From Sphaeroforma arctica JP610 (taxonomy: Eukaryota): a stretch of DNA of 47,891 nucleotides. Under the pieces are notes generated by a model that was not told where the DNA came from, searched no databases, and saw only the letters and a program-made list of their open reading frames with translations. The stretch is from assembly GCF_001186125.1 (NCBI RefSeq), contig NW_014040294.1, positions 1,693 through 49,583 of the forward strand. Direction: 5' to 3'. Position 1 is the first letter of the stretch. Each line of letters begins with the position of its first letter. Shown here in pieces: positions 13,595 to 24,865 of this stretch. A program made the position numbers and the translations under genes.

Positions 13595-14359
13595 TGTAAG
13601 TTTTGGTCTATCAAAGCGATATTAACGCCATTGAGTAATTAAACGCTTAGGTTAAGTCTAAGTATAGTGAAATTCGAAATAAATAAACGAAATGAGTCTT
13701 TCAGTAAAGTTATGTATGTCTCGTGAAAACAGCAATACTCTGAACGATTGTGAGGCTGAGACATTGGCTATATATAATACTCTCAGTACTGTTGTCGTCG
13801 AAGGGATTTTATTTAGTGTTTCGTTGTCGCTCTATTAAAAACTATGGTATGTTTCGTTGGGGCGAATCCGAGAGACTCATAAAATCCTATCTTGAAAAAA
13901 ATGAAAATGAAAAATTTAAATATTCCTGATATCCATAGTTATTGCACTAACCAATAACTTGCCACTTAACAAGAATTACCGACTTAGCCTTCATCAGACT
14001 GGCACATCTGGTTGGCTGAACGGCGGATAAACTAAGCAACGCTAATAGTGCCTAGAAACCTATGTTCGGTTGAGCCATCTCGCTACCGAAGTATTCAGAT
14101 ATAAATAGATTTGGAAAGTAAATATAGTTCTATTAATAGAACTAGACTAAATCTTATGTTTGGTATTTTACTGGGGCCTTTTAATGGCCTTGTCCAAATA
14201 TCTGATATGTAAAATGGAAAAGGTATTAATTAATAAAACCGTTAAACCCCATTTAGGAAACTTGAGTTCCTCGTACTATTAAGAGTACGTTTATAGTTTA
14301 CGTACTGCTTAAGAGTACGTTTATAACATAGAGTCTAATGTGGAAGCCCGGCTATTACA
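13595..14359 (-). repeat. 3' LTR of the minus-strand Gypsy element (765 bp, TGTAA...TTACA)
   Basis: Begins on the minus strand just after the PPT. Segment 13595-14158 is highly similar to 21299-21867. Confidence 0.8.
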
Positions 14360-16689
14360 CAGCCCCCACCCAGCTTCGGGATCCAAGAGAGACTAGTTGC
14401 TCACTCAAGCCGGTTTTGGATTTACAATGCGAGAAGGAAAAACGGGTCGAAAACATTAAGTAGCATAACGTATAGTTAATGTTTCTCAGGCGGAGAAGTG
14501 AAGCGTTCTCGGTTACCCTATGAGTTTTGGGCTTAGGTCCAGTAGGTCCGTGGTGGTCGTCTGGACGTTTCTTACGCTTCAGTGTCTTAAGCACATATGA
14601 AGGGGATGGAAACATGCTATCTTTTTCAGCTTGTGACTTATGCAGGCGTTTACGCCATTTTCGATTAAAGGCTTTTAAATAGTCTTGATTATCGAAAGCA
14701 TCTGAAGTCAACTCAGCAATTGTACCGTCTATAAAGCCTGTACGATAGCATGTATAGCCTCCCTTATACGTTCTCCAAATAATGTCTTTAAATTCAGAAC
14801 GATCAAGAGGGGCATTAGAGTCATGTCTTCTTGCGAGAAAAATCTCAGTAGTCGGAATCCGACTAGTGCCTATATTTAAAGCACTGGAACCGTCGGGGTT
14901 ATTAACCTCATAGGTTCTACTTTTAACGTCAGCTACAGAGATTATATATGGTCATATCCATTTAGATGTTAATACAGTAGCATCGGAAATACGTTGACGG
15001 ATGTTAACTCTGTCTCCAAACTGATACTCTGCTATCTTTTTGGTAGCATTCCGTCTATTTTGCCTTTTTAATAAGGCAATATTGCGTGTTTCTCGCAAGC
15101 AAAGACATACACCGTTGTAAATACGTTATACCTTCTCTAACCATGGTAACTCATGGTGACTAGGTTCGTCCTTGTTAAAAGGTATTTTTAACTCACTATA
15201 TCTGCCACGACAATAGTGAGCGGGTGTTGTACCTGTAACCGGATCAGCACACTCGTTCATCTGTGTTTGTACCCACTTAAGGTGGTACGGCCAATCATCT
15301 GCATCATCCGTTAATGCAGTACGTAAGAAGAACTTAAGTCTTTTATGGCGCGTTTCATTCGCGCCTTGTGTTTGCGGTTTATATGGTACACCCTTTTATG
15401 ACACATGCCTGATACGAGTACTAACGATTCCATTACGTCATCGCAGAACTCGCTACCGTTATCAGTGCACATTATACCTGACCACCCGTGGTCAGCAAAG
15501 ACTTGGCAACATAATTCTGCCATGGTCTGCGTACTCTTGTCCTTTAAAGAATAGAGCAAGTTATACCGTGACGCCACATCAAAGAAGTGGCCAATGATGA
15601 CCCCTACGCCATGGAACATCTTCAGTCACATTCTTAAGCGGTGCGAACCCATAGCGCTTAATCTGGTTGAGATCACAGTCTGTACATGACTGATATACTC
15701 TGTCAACTAAAGTTGCCAGCTTAGGGTGCGATCCCATTTCGCTTAGCATCTTTAAGTGCATCTACTACGTTCTGGTGCTTCAGCTTATGGTTTTGCGTCA
15801 GCCAAGGTGGCATACGTAGCGGTCGCCTGTGTGCTCGGACGTAGGCAGGTCAACCAGATCAATGATGGCCCTGCGCCATGGAACATCTTCAGTCACACTC
15901 TTAAGCGGTGCGAACCCATAGCGCTTAATCTGGTTGAGATCACAGTCTGTACATGACTGATATACTCTGTCAACTAAAGTTGCCAGCTTAGGGGTGCGAC
16001 TCCCTACCTTTCGTGATACGTAGCGGTCGCCTGTGTGCTCGGACGTAGGCAGGTCAACCAGATCAATGATGGCCCTGCGCCATGGAACATCTTCAGTCAC
16101 ACTCTTAAGCGGTGCGAACCCATAGCGCTTAATCTGGTTGAGATCACAGTCTGTACATGACTGATATACTCTGTCAACTAAAGTTGCCAGCTTAGGGTGC
16201 GCGATCCCATTTCGCTTAGCATCTTTAAGTGCGTCTACTACGTTCTGGTGTTTCAGCTTATGGTTTTGCGTCAGCCAAGCAAGAATGTTTTTATCATTCT
16301 GCTCCTCCAGAATAAAGGTAGGGTGTTGAGAATTCACTTGCGTGGTCTCTAAGTCTGTAGTGTTTCCAGACTCCTGTCCTTCTTTCGATTTTAAGCGCTC
16401 GTGTGCGTTTGATACACCTGACTTATTTAATAGTCGCATTATATGTGTATATGCTTCAGGATTATCTTTCATTAATCCCTTTAAAAATAGGGGTTGAAAG
16501 ACTTCAGGCTTGGACTTTATGTTATTAAACAGAGTCCTAGCTAGAGACTGACGCTTCTTGACTGTAGTGTCATTAGTAGATTGTATTTCTTGTGCACAGA
16601 CTTCAAGTGCTGTGTTGCCTTTGAACTGCTTAACGTTCAATTTAGTAGAGAGTGGAATCTCTGATTCTTTGACCTTGTTAAGGAAGGTC

Positions 16690-17100
16690 TCAGAATCCTA
16701 TACGACATATTATAGTATGTCTCCAGGGTGTCTTCTGGACGGCTCGGGCACCCTGATATAGGAAAGTATCTACTTCCCTATCTAAATATATTGGCTCGCA
16801 TTGTAACATGCTTATTAATATATTGAGCCATGGAATTTTTACTCCGTAATGGGCAACACAACGTGATGGTAGCTTTGTGTATATGAACATAATTTAGTAA
16901 TTGGGCAATTAACTGCCATGGTGGACTAGCCCACGCATTATGTTCGGAGAGGTCTAGTTGGAAGGCATCTCCTATAGGATGATTTAAAGTCCTGTAATTC
17001 TTAAGTTGTGCATTATGATGTGCAGCAAACATGTCAACTGTATGTGGCCCAAATACCTTTTGAGCCAGTTCAAACCACCTGGGGTTACATTTCCAATCAG
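16690..17100 (-). other. Dam-like DNA methyltransferase domain within pol (one frameshift)
   Basis: DWKCNPRWFELAQKVFGPHTVDMFAAHHNAQLKNY...DAFQLD...WASPPW (16916-16927)...ATITLCCP / KIPWLNIL...QKTPWRHTIICRIG. It lies directly downstream of RNase H (DMLSR) and upstream of the integrase. Confidence 0.88.
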
Positions 17101-20100
17101 TGGCTAGTAACTCACGTACGGATTTATTACAGTCCGGTACAAAGCGTGATAACATATCCGGTAAATGGTTATGTATCCCTGGTAGATGTTCGATATCAAA
17201 TGAAACTTTGATATTGTATCAAGCCATCGGCTCAGTAATTAAGAGTCGGGCTTCATTTCCTTCATATATTGAAGGGACTTCTGATCACACATCAGCGTAA
17301 AAGCTGTTCCGTATAAGTAATCGCGGAAGTGTGTTAAAGCTGCTACTATGGCTAGTAGCTCTTGCTTCACAGTTGGATAATTCAACTGTGATGCATTCAT
17401 TGCTCGGCTAAAGAATTGTATATACCTAGGTTTATTATCTATAACCTGGTATAGTACACCTCCGAGTGCTAAGTCTGATGCGTCCGTTGCTATTTCAAAA
17501 GGCACGCCATCGACTGGTCCTTGTACAACAGGGGCTTGTTGGACTGCGTGCTTGAGCGCTTTAAATGCGTCATCACACTCTTTAGTCCACAAGTCTCCTA
17601 GTTTGCCTTTATGACATCTTAAGTGTCCAAAGGGTTTAAGATAATCAGCCAAATGTGGTACTCCATCTGAAAAGAAGTTTACAAACCCACACATGCTGTT
17701 CACATCTCTTCCTGTATTTGGTGTTCGCCTATCTAACAGGTGTTCCACCTTACCGGGGTCGATTTTAATACCTTCCTCAGATATACGGTAGTCTAAGAAT
17801 TGTATTTCGCTCATGGCAAAGTGATATTTCTTCTCGTTATTCTTGAAGTTTTGTTCGTTGAGTCTCTGAAGGACTCGCCTGACTAATGCGGCATGTTCGC
17901 CCTTAGTCTTAGAAAAGTTAGGCATGTCTGCGAACATTTCTCCATTACTTGTTGGAAGAATGCTGGTAAGGAGTGCAACCCGAAAGGTGCCCCTCTAAAC
18001 CTGTATTGTTTACCTTTCCAGGGAAAACTAAAGTACTTACGATGATGATACCCCTGTGTTAGGTCTATGGATGTAAACACCGTAGCACCTTCCATTCGTC
18101 TCAGTAACTCGTTTATACGAGGTAGATGGAAACTATGAGTCGGCAATAACTTAATTATTGGACTCATATCTAGACATACTCTGACTTTCTGAAATGTTCC
18201 GTCAGAGTTGTGTTGATCAACTGCCAATAATGCTAAGTTAACTGGTGTTTGTGGGTAATTGATTTCGATTACCTCATCGGATAACCATTTCTCAACTTGT
18301 TCTTTAACTACAGCTGCGTGTCTCCAAGAAACATAGTTTCTTGTAGGGCATTTGAGCTTAGTAAAGTCTACCCTGGTTAAGTCAAGGCTGTCATATCCGT
18401 CGTTAAAACGGATGTGATCTTTATCTTCTTATTTACTAGAATCAGATCCATGATTTTGTCCGCAAAGTCAGGTATTAATGCCTTGACTGTGTCTGACGGG
18501 GGCTTATATGGTTTCAGACAGTTATCGTCTGATTGATCCTTTAATGGATCTATGTTATTTGGTAAACCAGTGACGGTTATACCTAAAGTGAGTAAATCAC
18601 TCATTCCGCCTATTAAGTCATACTCCTGTGACATCTTATCACAGCTTGGGTAGTGATATTTCTATCATCGGCCAGGGAGATTTTAACATCTGTGGCCATG
18701 GTATCACACGTAGAAGTTTTATCATCTACTAAAATGAGGTGAGTTGTTTGTGTTCTCCTTTCAATGTCTTTCATTGATGCAAAGCAGTCGGATATACATG
18801 AAATTTCTGAACCAGGATCAATCAATGTAAGGACTTTATTTACATTGCAACATACAGGTATTATTACACGCTCGTCTAAAGAGTCGTTGTATTTCCTTTG
18901 TAACGATTGTACCTGGTAGTACTTTCACTCCAACTTAATGTCGGGCTTTTTGTCACAAGACTTGGCGTGATAGTCATTGGTCTTCTCACACTTGTCACAC
19001 TTAGTAAGAAAGTGTGTACAGGTGGGTGCATGTCTGCCATTCCAATAGCCGTTAGGGGTCAATTGGTACGCGTCATACCCACACTGTGCGTCGGCACATT
19101 TCTTAATATCCTTCGATGAAGGTTCCTTGTCCTTCGCCTCCGCGTGCCCGTTTATTGGGTCGCGTTGATTGAGTGGAGTCGCGAGCACGTGTCTGGTTAA
19201 GACGCGTCTGATGAGGTTTATCATCTGACGTCTGGCGTGAGAGGTATCCTTGATCAGCGAGCTCGCGTGGTTTCTTATTTACCGCCTTTCCTTTCGAGGT
19301 TGCTCGGTGTGCGGGGAAAAGAGTGGATACAGTATCATAAAACTGTTCCCACGTAAGTCGGGATAGATAAAACTTTGTTTCATGTCTCTTGTCTCGAGCC
19401 TCAGTTGCGTATTTACGTCACAACTCGGTGTATAGACTTTCACGGTCGTTGTTCCCTGTGTTCTTACAGAAAACATGCATAACCAAGAACTCGTACCAAC
19501 GCTGTGCCTTGTCCTTTGTTATATCTGGACGCTTAAGGTCAGCATCAAGTTTCAGAATGTAACTCTGAATAGGAGTATTCTCAACTGGTTCAGTTAAGAT
19601 TGAACTCAGTCCTGGACTTCACATGTCCTTGCTTAATAAGGACGTAACCAACCAACACACAGCTGGCCAGTCACGACAAGTGTCTAGCTCATGCCGGTGT
19701 CGTTGCAGGATCAAGTAACTTGTTCCTGTAGGGTCAAACGACTGCATTAAAGCGGAAATCCATTGCTGAGGAGCGATATCATTCGTCTCCAGCATGACCG
19801 TAAACGCATTAAGCGTACGGGTTAGTATGTCGAGGTCATGGTTGTTTATAAACTCGATCTGCTTGCTGTTGGCATCCCAGTTCGACTTAAGTCGACTGAT
19901 CTGTCCCTTGTACTTCTGGTTATCCCGGTGGTCTTGCCCACGTTGGGCCTAAAAAAGCTGATCGATGCGCTTCTGCTTGATCGCGATCATATTAGCAAAA
20001 TATGATACGTCATCAGCACGTTGCTCGTCATGGGCGATTTCCACCTTAATGGTGTAATCGTCGACCGATTTATTAAGTTCGGTCACCTCGTCAGAGTGGA

Positions 20101-21298
20101 AATCCTCTGCGGGCTGATGTAATGCTATGCGATCGAAGCGATTAAATTCGACTTCGTTAACACGATTACGGGAGTTTTTATTACCCCTTGTAAAGTCCAT
20201 GGTCGAGGCCTTTCGGTGCTCTGTTTCTTGGATAGTAGTTGGTATTCTAATCTTAGGTGATTCATGCGTCTGGATAACATACCCAGTCTTAACTGGTTTC
20301 CGACGATTGTCATCCCAGTTGGGTAAAGGTGGCGGGGTATTTTTACCTGCCTATGGGTGTACAATACCCTCAAGGACGGGCGACTCATGGCCGGGCGTTA
20401 GAACAGGCGAATAATTAGCTTGGAGTTCTGGTGGTAGTACCTCGTAAGGTATAGATACACTGAGCACATCTGGCTCATCTGCCGCAGGTGAGCGCTCAGG
20501 CCTTTACTCTTTTCGGGCGTAATTGACTGCCGACGTTCTGTCCACTTCTGTAGGGCTTCAGTAATGCCCGGAGAAACATGCTCGCGTAAGTGCCGTGTAT
20601 GTTTTCCTGATCTATACATTCGATCTACATGTTCAACAGTCATGCCTTTCATAAGGGCGGCTAACTGATTCTTAGGATCAGTATTTTCAGTAATTAACTT
20701 ACTTATGCGCGTTGGTCCAGTGGTCTCGGACGTAGATTTTTGCCACTTGAGCTTACCTCCTCTTCTGGTTCCGGTATAGGTACCTTCTATGATTCGTCCC
20801 CTATAATTGGGGACTTTTCTTTCTGAGTTTCGTCAGAAGAATTGGCTAGGGCGTCTTGAGACGTGTCCCTTGTCTCACTTCTTGGCTTCGTAAATGCAAG
20901 CTTCGAAGTTGAGGCAATAGTTGGCCCTCGGGCTCTATCTGTAGGAGTAGTCTCCTTAATCGGAGTGGCTACATCCTTATCCGAGGTGTTGTCCTGTTGA
21001 CTATTATTGTCGGAGTCAAGTGCCTCGGCTACGGTGCGGTTAAACGCATCGGCAGCAGCGGCGGTTGCTTCTGTGGCAGCAGTAGCTGCGGCAGCGCTAG
21101 CGGCTTCCCTCTCCATCGTCTTACGTTCAGCCTTGCGTTTCTTTGCAGGTGTATTTTCTTTCTTTGTCATAATCTTAACTTATGACTTCAGTCTTTTTTT
21201 CTCAAGGAATGACTGTGCTTAGGAACAATTTCGTGGTAGTTATCTACCTTTACGTTCAAGTAGTCTAAGTAGTTAATACCTTTGCTAACTTTAAAATG

Positions 21299-21867
21299 TG
21301 TAAGATTCGGTCTATCAAGGCGATATTAACGCCTTAGAGTAATTAAACGCTTAGGTTAAGTCTAAGTATCGTGAAATTCGAAGTAAATAGACGAAATGAG
21401 TCTTTTGGTAAAGTTAGGTATGAATCGTGAAAACAGCAATACTCTGAGGGATTGTGAGGCTGAGACATTGCCTATATATAATCCTCTCAGTACTTTTTTC
21501 GCCGAAGGGATTTTATTTAGTGTTTCGTTGACGCTCTATTAAAAACTATGGTATGTTTCGTTGGGGCGAATCCGAGAGATTCATAAAATCCTATCTTTAG
21601 AAGAAAAAAAGAAAAGAAAAAAAGAAAAATACTCTTGATGACCATAGTTATTGCACTAACCAATAACTTGCCACTTATCAAGAATTACCGACTTAGCCTT
21701 CATCAGACTGGCACATCTGGTTGGTTGAACGGAGGATAAACTAAGCAACGCTAATAGTCCTTAGAAACCTATGTGCGGTTGAGACATCTCGCTACCGAAG
21801 TATTCAGATATAAATAGATTTGGAAAGTAAATATAGTTATATTAATAGAACTAGACCAAATCTCACA
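21299..21867 (-). repeat. 5' LTR (partial) of the minus-strand Gypsy element
   Basis: Matches 13595-14158, then runs into (CA)n/(TA)n sequence and an N gap. Confidence 0.9.
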
Positions 21868-22289
21868 CACACATATATATATATATATATATGTGTGTAT
21901 ATATATATACGCACACACACACACACACACATANNNNNNNNNNNNNNNNNNNNNNNNNNNNNNNNNNNNNNNNNNNNNNNNNNNNNNNNNNNNNNNNNNN
22001 NNNNNNNNNNNNNNNNNNNNNNNNNNNNNNNNNNNNNNNNNNNNNNNNNNNNNNNNNNNNNNNNNNNNNNNNNNNNNNNNACAGGCATACAAGTATGACT
22101 TGTGCACATACAAAATGAAAAGACAACATACATAAGTGATGGTGTTGTTGCAAATCGACATGACAATTATCAGAGTTATCTAGTTTTCGTCCACTCTTCC
22201 ATCTTAAATATTTAATGTTGAAATATCCTTATATCTGTGAAGTAAAATAGTGTTGGTGAGCAAATTCATAATATTGTGCGTACAGACAC

Positions 22290-22696
22290 TAAAAGTGAAT
22301 TGTTCAAACTGGTCATACGTGAATATTCACTTTTGGATATATGGCAGATCTTCAGGTAGTGTACTTCTAAACCGAACCAGAATCTTATCAAATTTTATAG
22401 CGTCCATGTCTGGGACCTTTCTTCTCTGTTTCGGCCGCAGACCATCGACCATTGAAGATAGGCAAATCTGTGAGAGTATATACCAATGGAAAGGTGTTAC
22501 AAAAAACCCTACAGGAATGGTCATTGATTTCACTAGACGAATTAACTAGTAACACGCTTATTTATCTTTCAATACTTTGAGTATGTCGGCCCTTTTCATC
22601 GTCCCTTCAGAATAAATATAGAGTACTCATACGGGATGCATGTACTCCGGACAAAGCGCACATACCGCCCCGTGGTAGATCCTTCAGGTAATATAA
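22290..22696 (-). pseudogene. Crypton-like tyrosine recombinase relic, 3' portion
   Basis: Removing the LTR element and one TTGT copy restores the frame as ...LDVLQ|LYYLKDLPRGGMCALSG (catalytic-Tyr region). Further on are DMDAIKFDKILVRFRSTLPEDLP and IFTYDQFEQF. Confidence 0.7.
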
Positions 22697-22700
22697 TTGT

Positions 22701-22930
22701 TGTGGTCAGAATACAAGTACCTAGGTTTTAGTTGTTTATTTTAGTTATTATAGTTTTTACAGTTTATTATAATAATCTGATAAACTTGGTTTTTGCTGAC
22801 TGTTACAGCACATGACTTATGTCTCACTTTTAGAGTCACTAATGTTACAATTACTAATAAATAAACAACGTCTCCCTCTCTACGGAAGGAGAACGTTGAG
22901 ATACAGTTATCTAGCGTACACCCTACTACA
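22701..22930 (+). repeat. 5' LTR of the plus-strand Gypsy element
   Basis: 230 bp, TGTGGTC...CTACTACA. About 8 substitutions and 1 indel versus 31548-31776 by manual comparison. Confidence 0.95.
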
Positions 22931-24865
22931 TTTTTAACTTACCATAGAAGTTGTTATTTTATTAGTAATTATAGGAAAAGCTACGGGATAAGAATTAGTC
23001 GGTAGCTAGCATACATTTTTTTGTTACAAGTATAGCAATTGAAAAACATTAAGAACAAAGAATGTCGTATCAAAATGACGAGATCATCCAAAATTTGCCT
23101 AACGAAGGAGATATTGGGTTCTCGAGTAGTGATGCTAGCAATACGATGCCTCCATTAAGCAGCAGCAGTGAGGCGGAAGAAGACTTGAGACCGGAGGACC
23201 ATGGGAATGGCCGTGGAGAACTACCTACGATCGATGAAGTGGAAGAAAGGAGATTTAGAATCAACAGATACAACATGGCTCGACATCTTGAACGATTTAG
23301 ATTATCTGGTCGTCGTACTAAAGACGTTTGGATAACAAGTACAATGATAGAATCTACTAATACGAGCGAAACCGAGAAGGGACCATCGCACTCAAGTACA
23401 TCATTAACCTAGGGACAACAAGGAAGGTCCCAAGACGATCAAATGACGAAAACAGAGAATCAGCCAGAAAACACAGATAAGTAGTCACGTGTGAGAGCAG
23501 GTAGGAAGGTTGTTTTCGTGTGAGACAAGTACAAATAGAGTGTGCAAGTAGCAATAAGCTTAAACTATAGTTAAGAGTTGTTAGAAGAAAAGAAGAAGGC
23601 TCTTTGGGATCTACAGTAGTAGAAATGGGAGGTGTACATGGTTAGTGCCGACTCGTCTAGTACTACGACACAAAGAATCAGTAGCATACTATATTATTTT
23701 ACAAAGTTACAATAATATTAGAGTTTGAGTTATACGAACTGGTACTTAGTTTTCACATAGAGCAGACAAGGTTACGCAGTGCACACGTCAGTTGACAAAG
23801 CAGTGTACACAAACAGTCGATGCTGAAGATCATAGGTACTAAGCAATGACCAAAACACAACTACAACAAGTATTAAGGATGGGATAGGTAAAAGACACAG
23901 CGGTAAATATATATCAGGCAACACGTCAAAAGGAATGCATAATGTGTACCAAGGACGTGGGCAGACCGATGATTTAAGAAATAGGAAATTGAATGGCAAG
24001 ACATGTACCTAATGGCACCCATATGCAACGAAGTATGAGTTAGGGTTCTGAAAGGATTATTTATTGGGTTTACAACTTATAGACGAATAGACAAGAGTGT
24101 TCATTTAGAATAATTTACTCAAGATTTGGCTACAATAGGCAGCGACAAAGTTGAGAAGATATAACTATCCAAGTGAAGTCAACTACGACCAGAATTGCAC
24201 AAAGGGTGAATTAGATAAGATTGGTCGATGGAAGAGGATATAGGGAAGAACACAGAGACATAAGTAAGCATCCGTGAGCCTCTTTAGGAGCACATAAGGG
24301 TGAGGGGCGTAAATAACACGAGCGGTGTAAGTAGTACATGGTTAAATTGTGAAAATGATATGCAAACACACACAAATCGCTACAACTTCCAGATAAATCA
24401 GGTAAACGGAGAGGCTCAGAAGCACGCACAGAGGGCGTTGCTTGCTGCAGCGTAGTTTAGGAGCGCAACAACTAACAATTTGTCATAGGTCGAGGAACAC
24501 AACCCAACAACCGCAATGGCACACGACAAGGCCATCACCAGTAGAGGACACGAAGTCAGGTGAGTAAGAAGAGCAATCAGGAGAGATAGATAGAGTACGC
24601 GACGATGTACCGGGGCTAGGCTGACCCCATGTCGGAGCAGGAGCAGCCGACGAGAAGGTTGAAGGGATGTTCCGACAAGCGGGGTATACCTCAACGAGGT
24701 ATTTATTCGAAGGAGAGTAAGACATCAGTTAGTGTTAGATGAGTCTCGACTCTCTATACAACTAGGGTCTGTAAGTGAAATAAAGTAATCACGAGTGAGC
24801 CCATTGGTTCCTCGAGGTTCATCGTCGAGACATTATGTGTTTGAGGGATGGACTCTTGTTAGGAA

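Larger units (their letters stand above)
13595..21867 (-). mobile_element. Ty3/Gypsy LTR retrotransposon (degenerate) with the same RH-MTase-IN-chromo architecture; 5' LTR probably truncated at a microsatellite and gap
   Basis: Direct repeats 13595-~14158 and 21299-21867. PPT GGGTGGGGG on the minus strand at 14363-14371. gag at 21170-18900 with a Cys/His knuckle, protease LIDPGSEISC (18825), RT KVRVCLDM/GAPFGL, RNase H IATDASD/QELLAIV, integrase CTDC/IIDLVDLP/CTDNGSEF, and a chromo-like C-terminus at about 14650-14810. No TSD found. Confidence 0.92.

Noticed and set aside
17883..17940. RT lacking the YxDD motif in the minus-strand element as a novel RT variant
   Set aside because: Better explained by a small deletion and frameshift in a decayed copy. 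The sister element has a normal YIDD.
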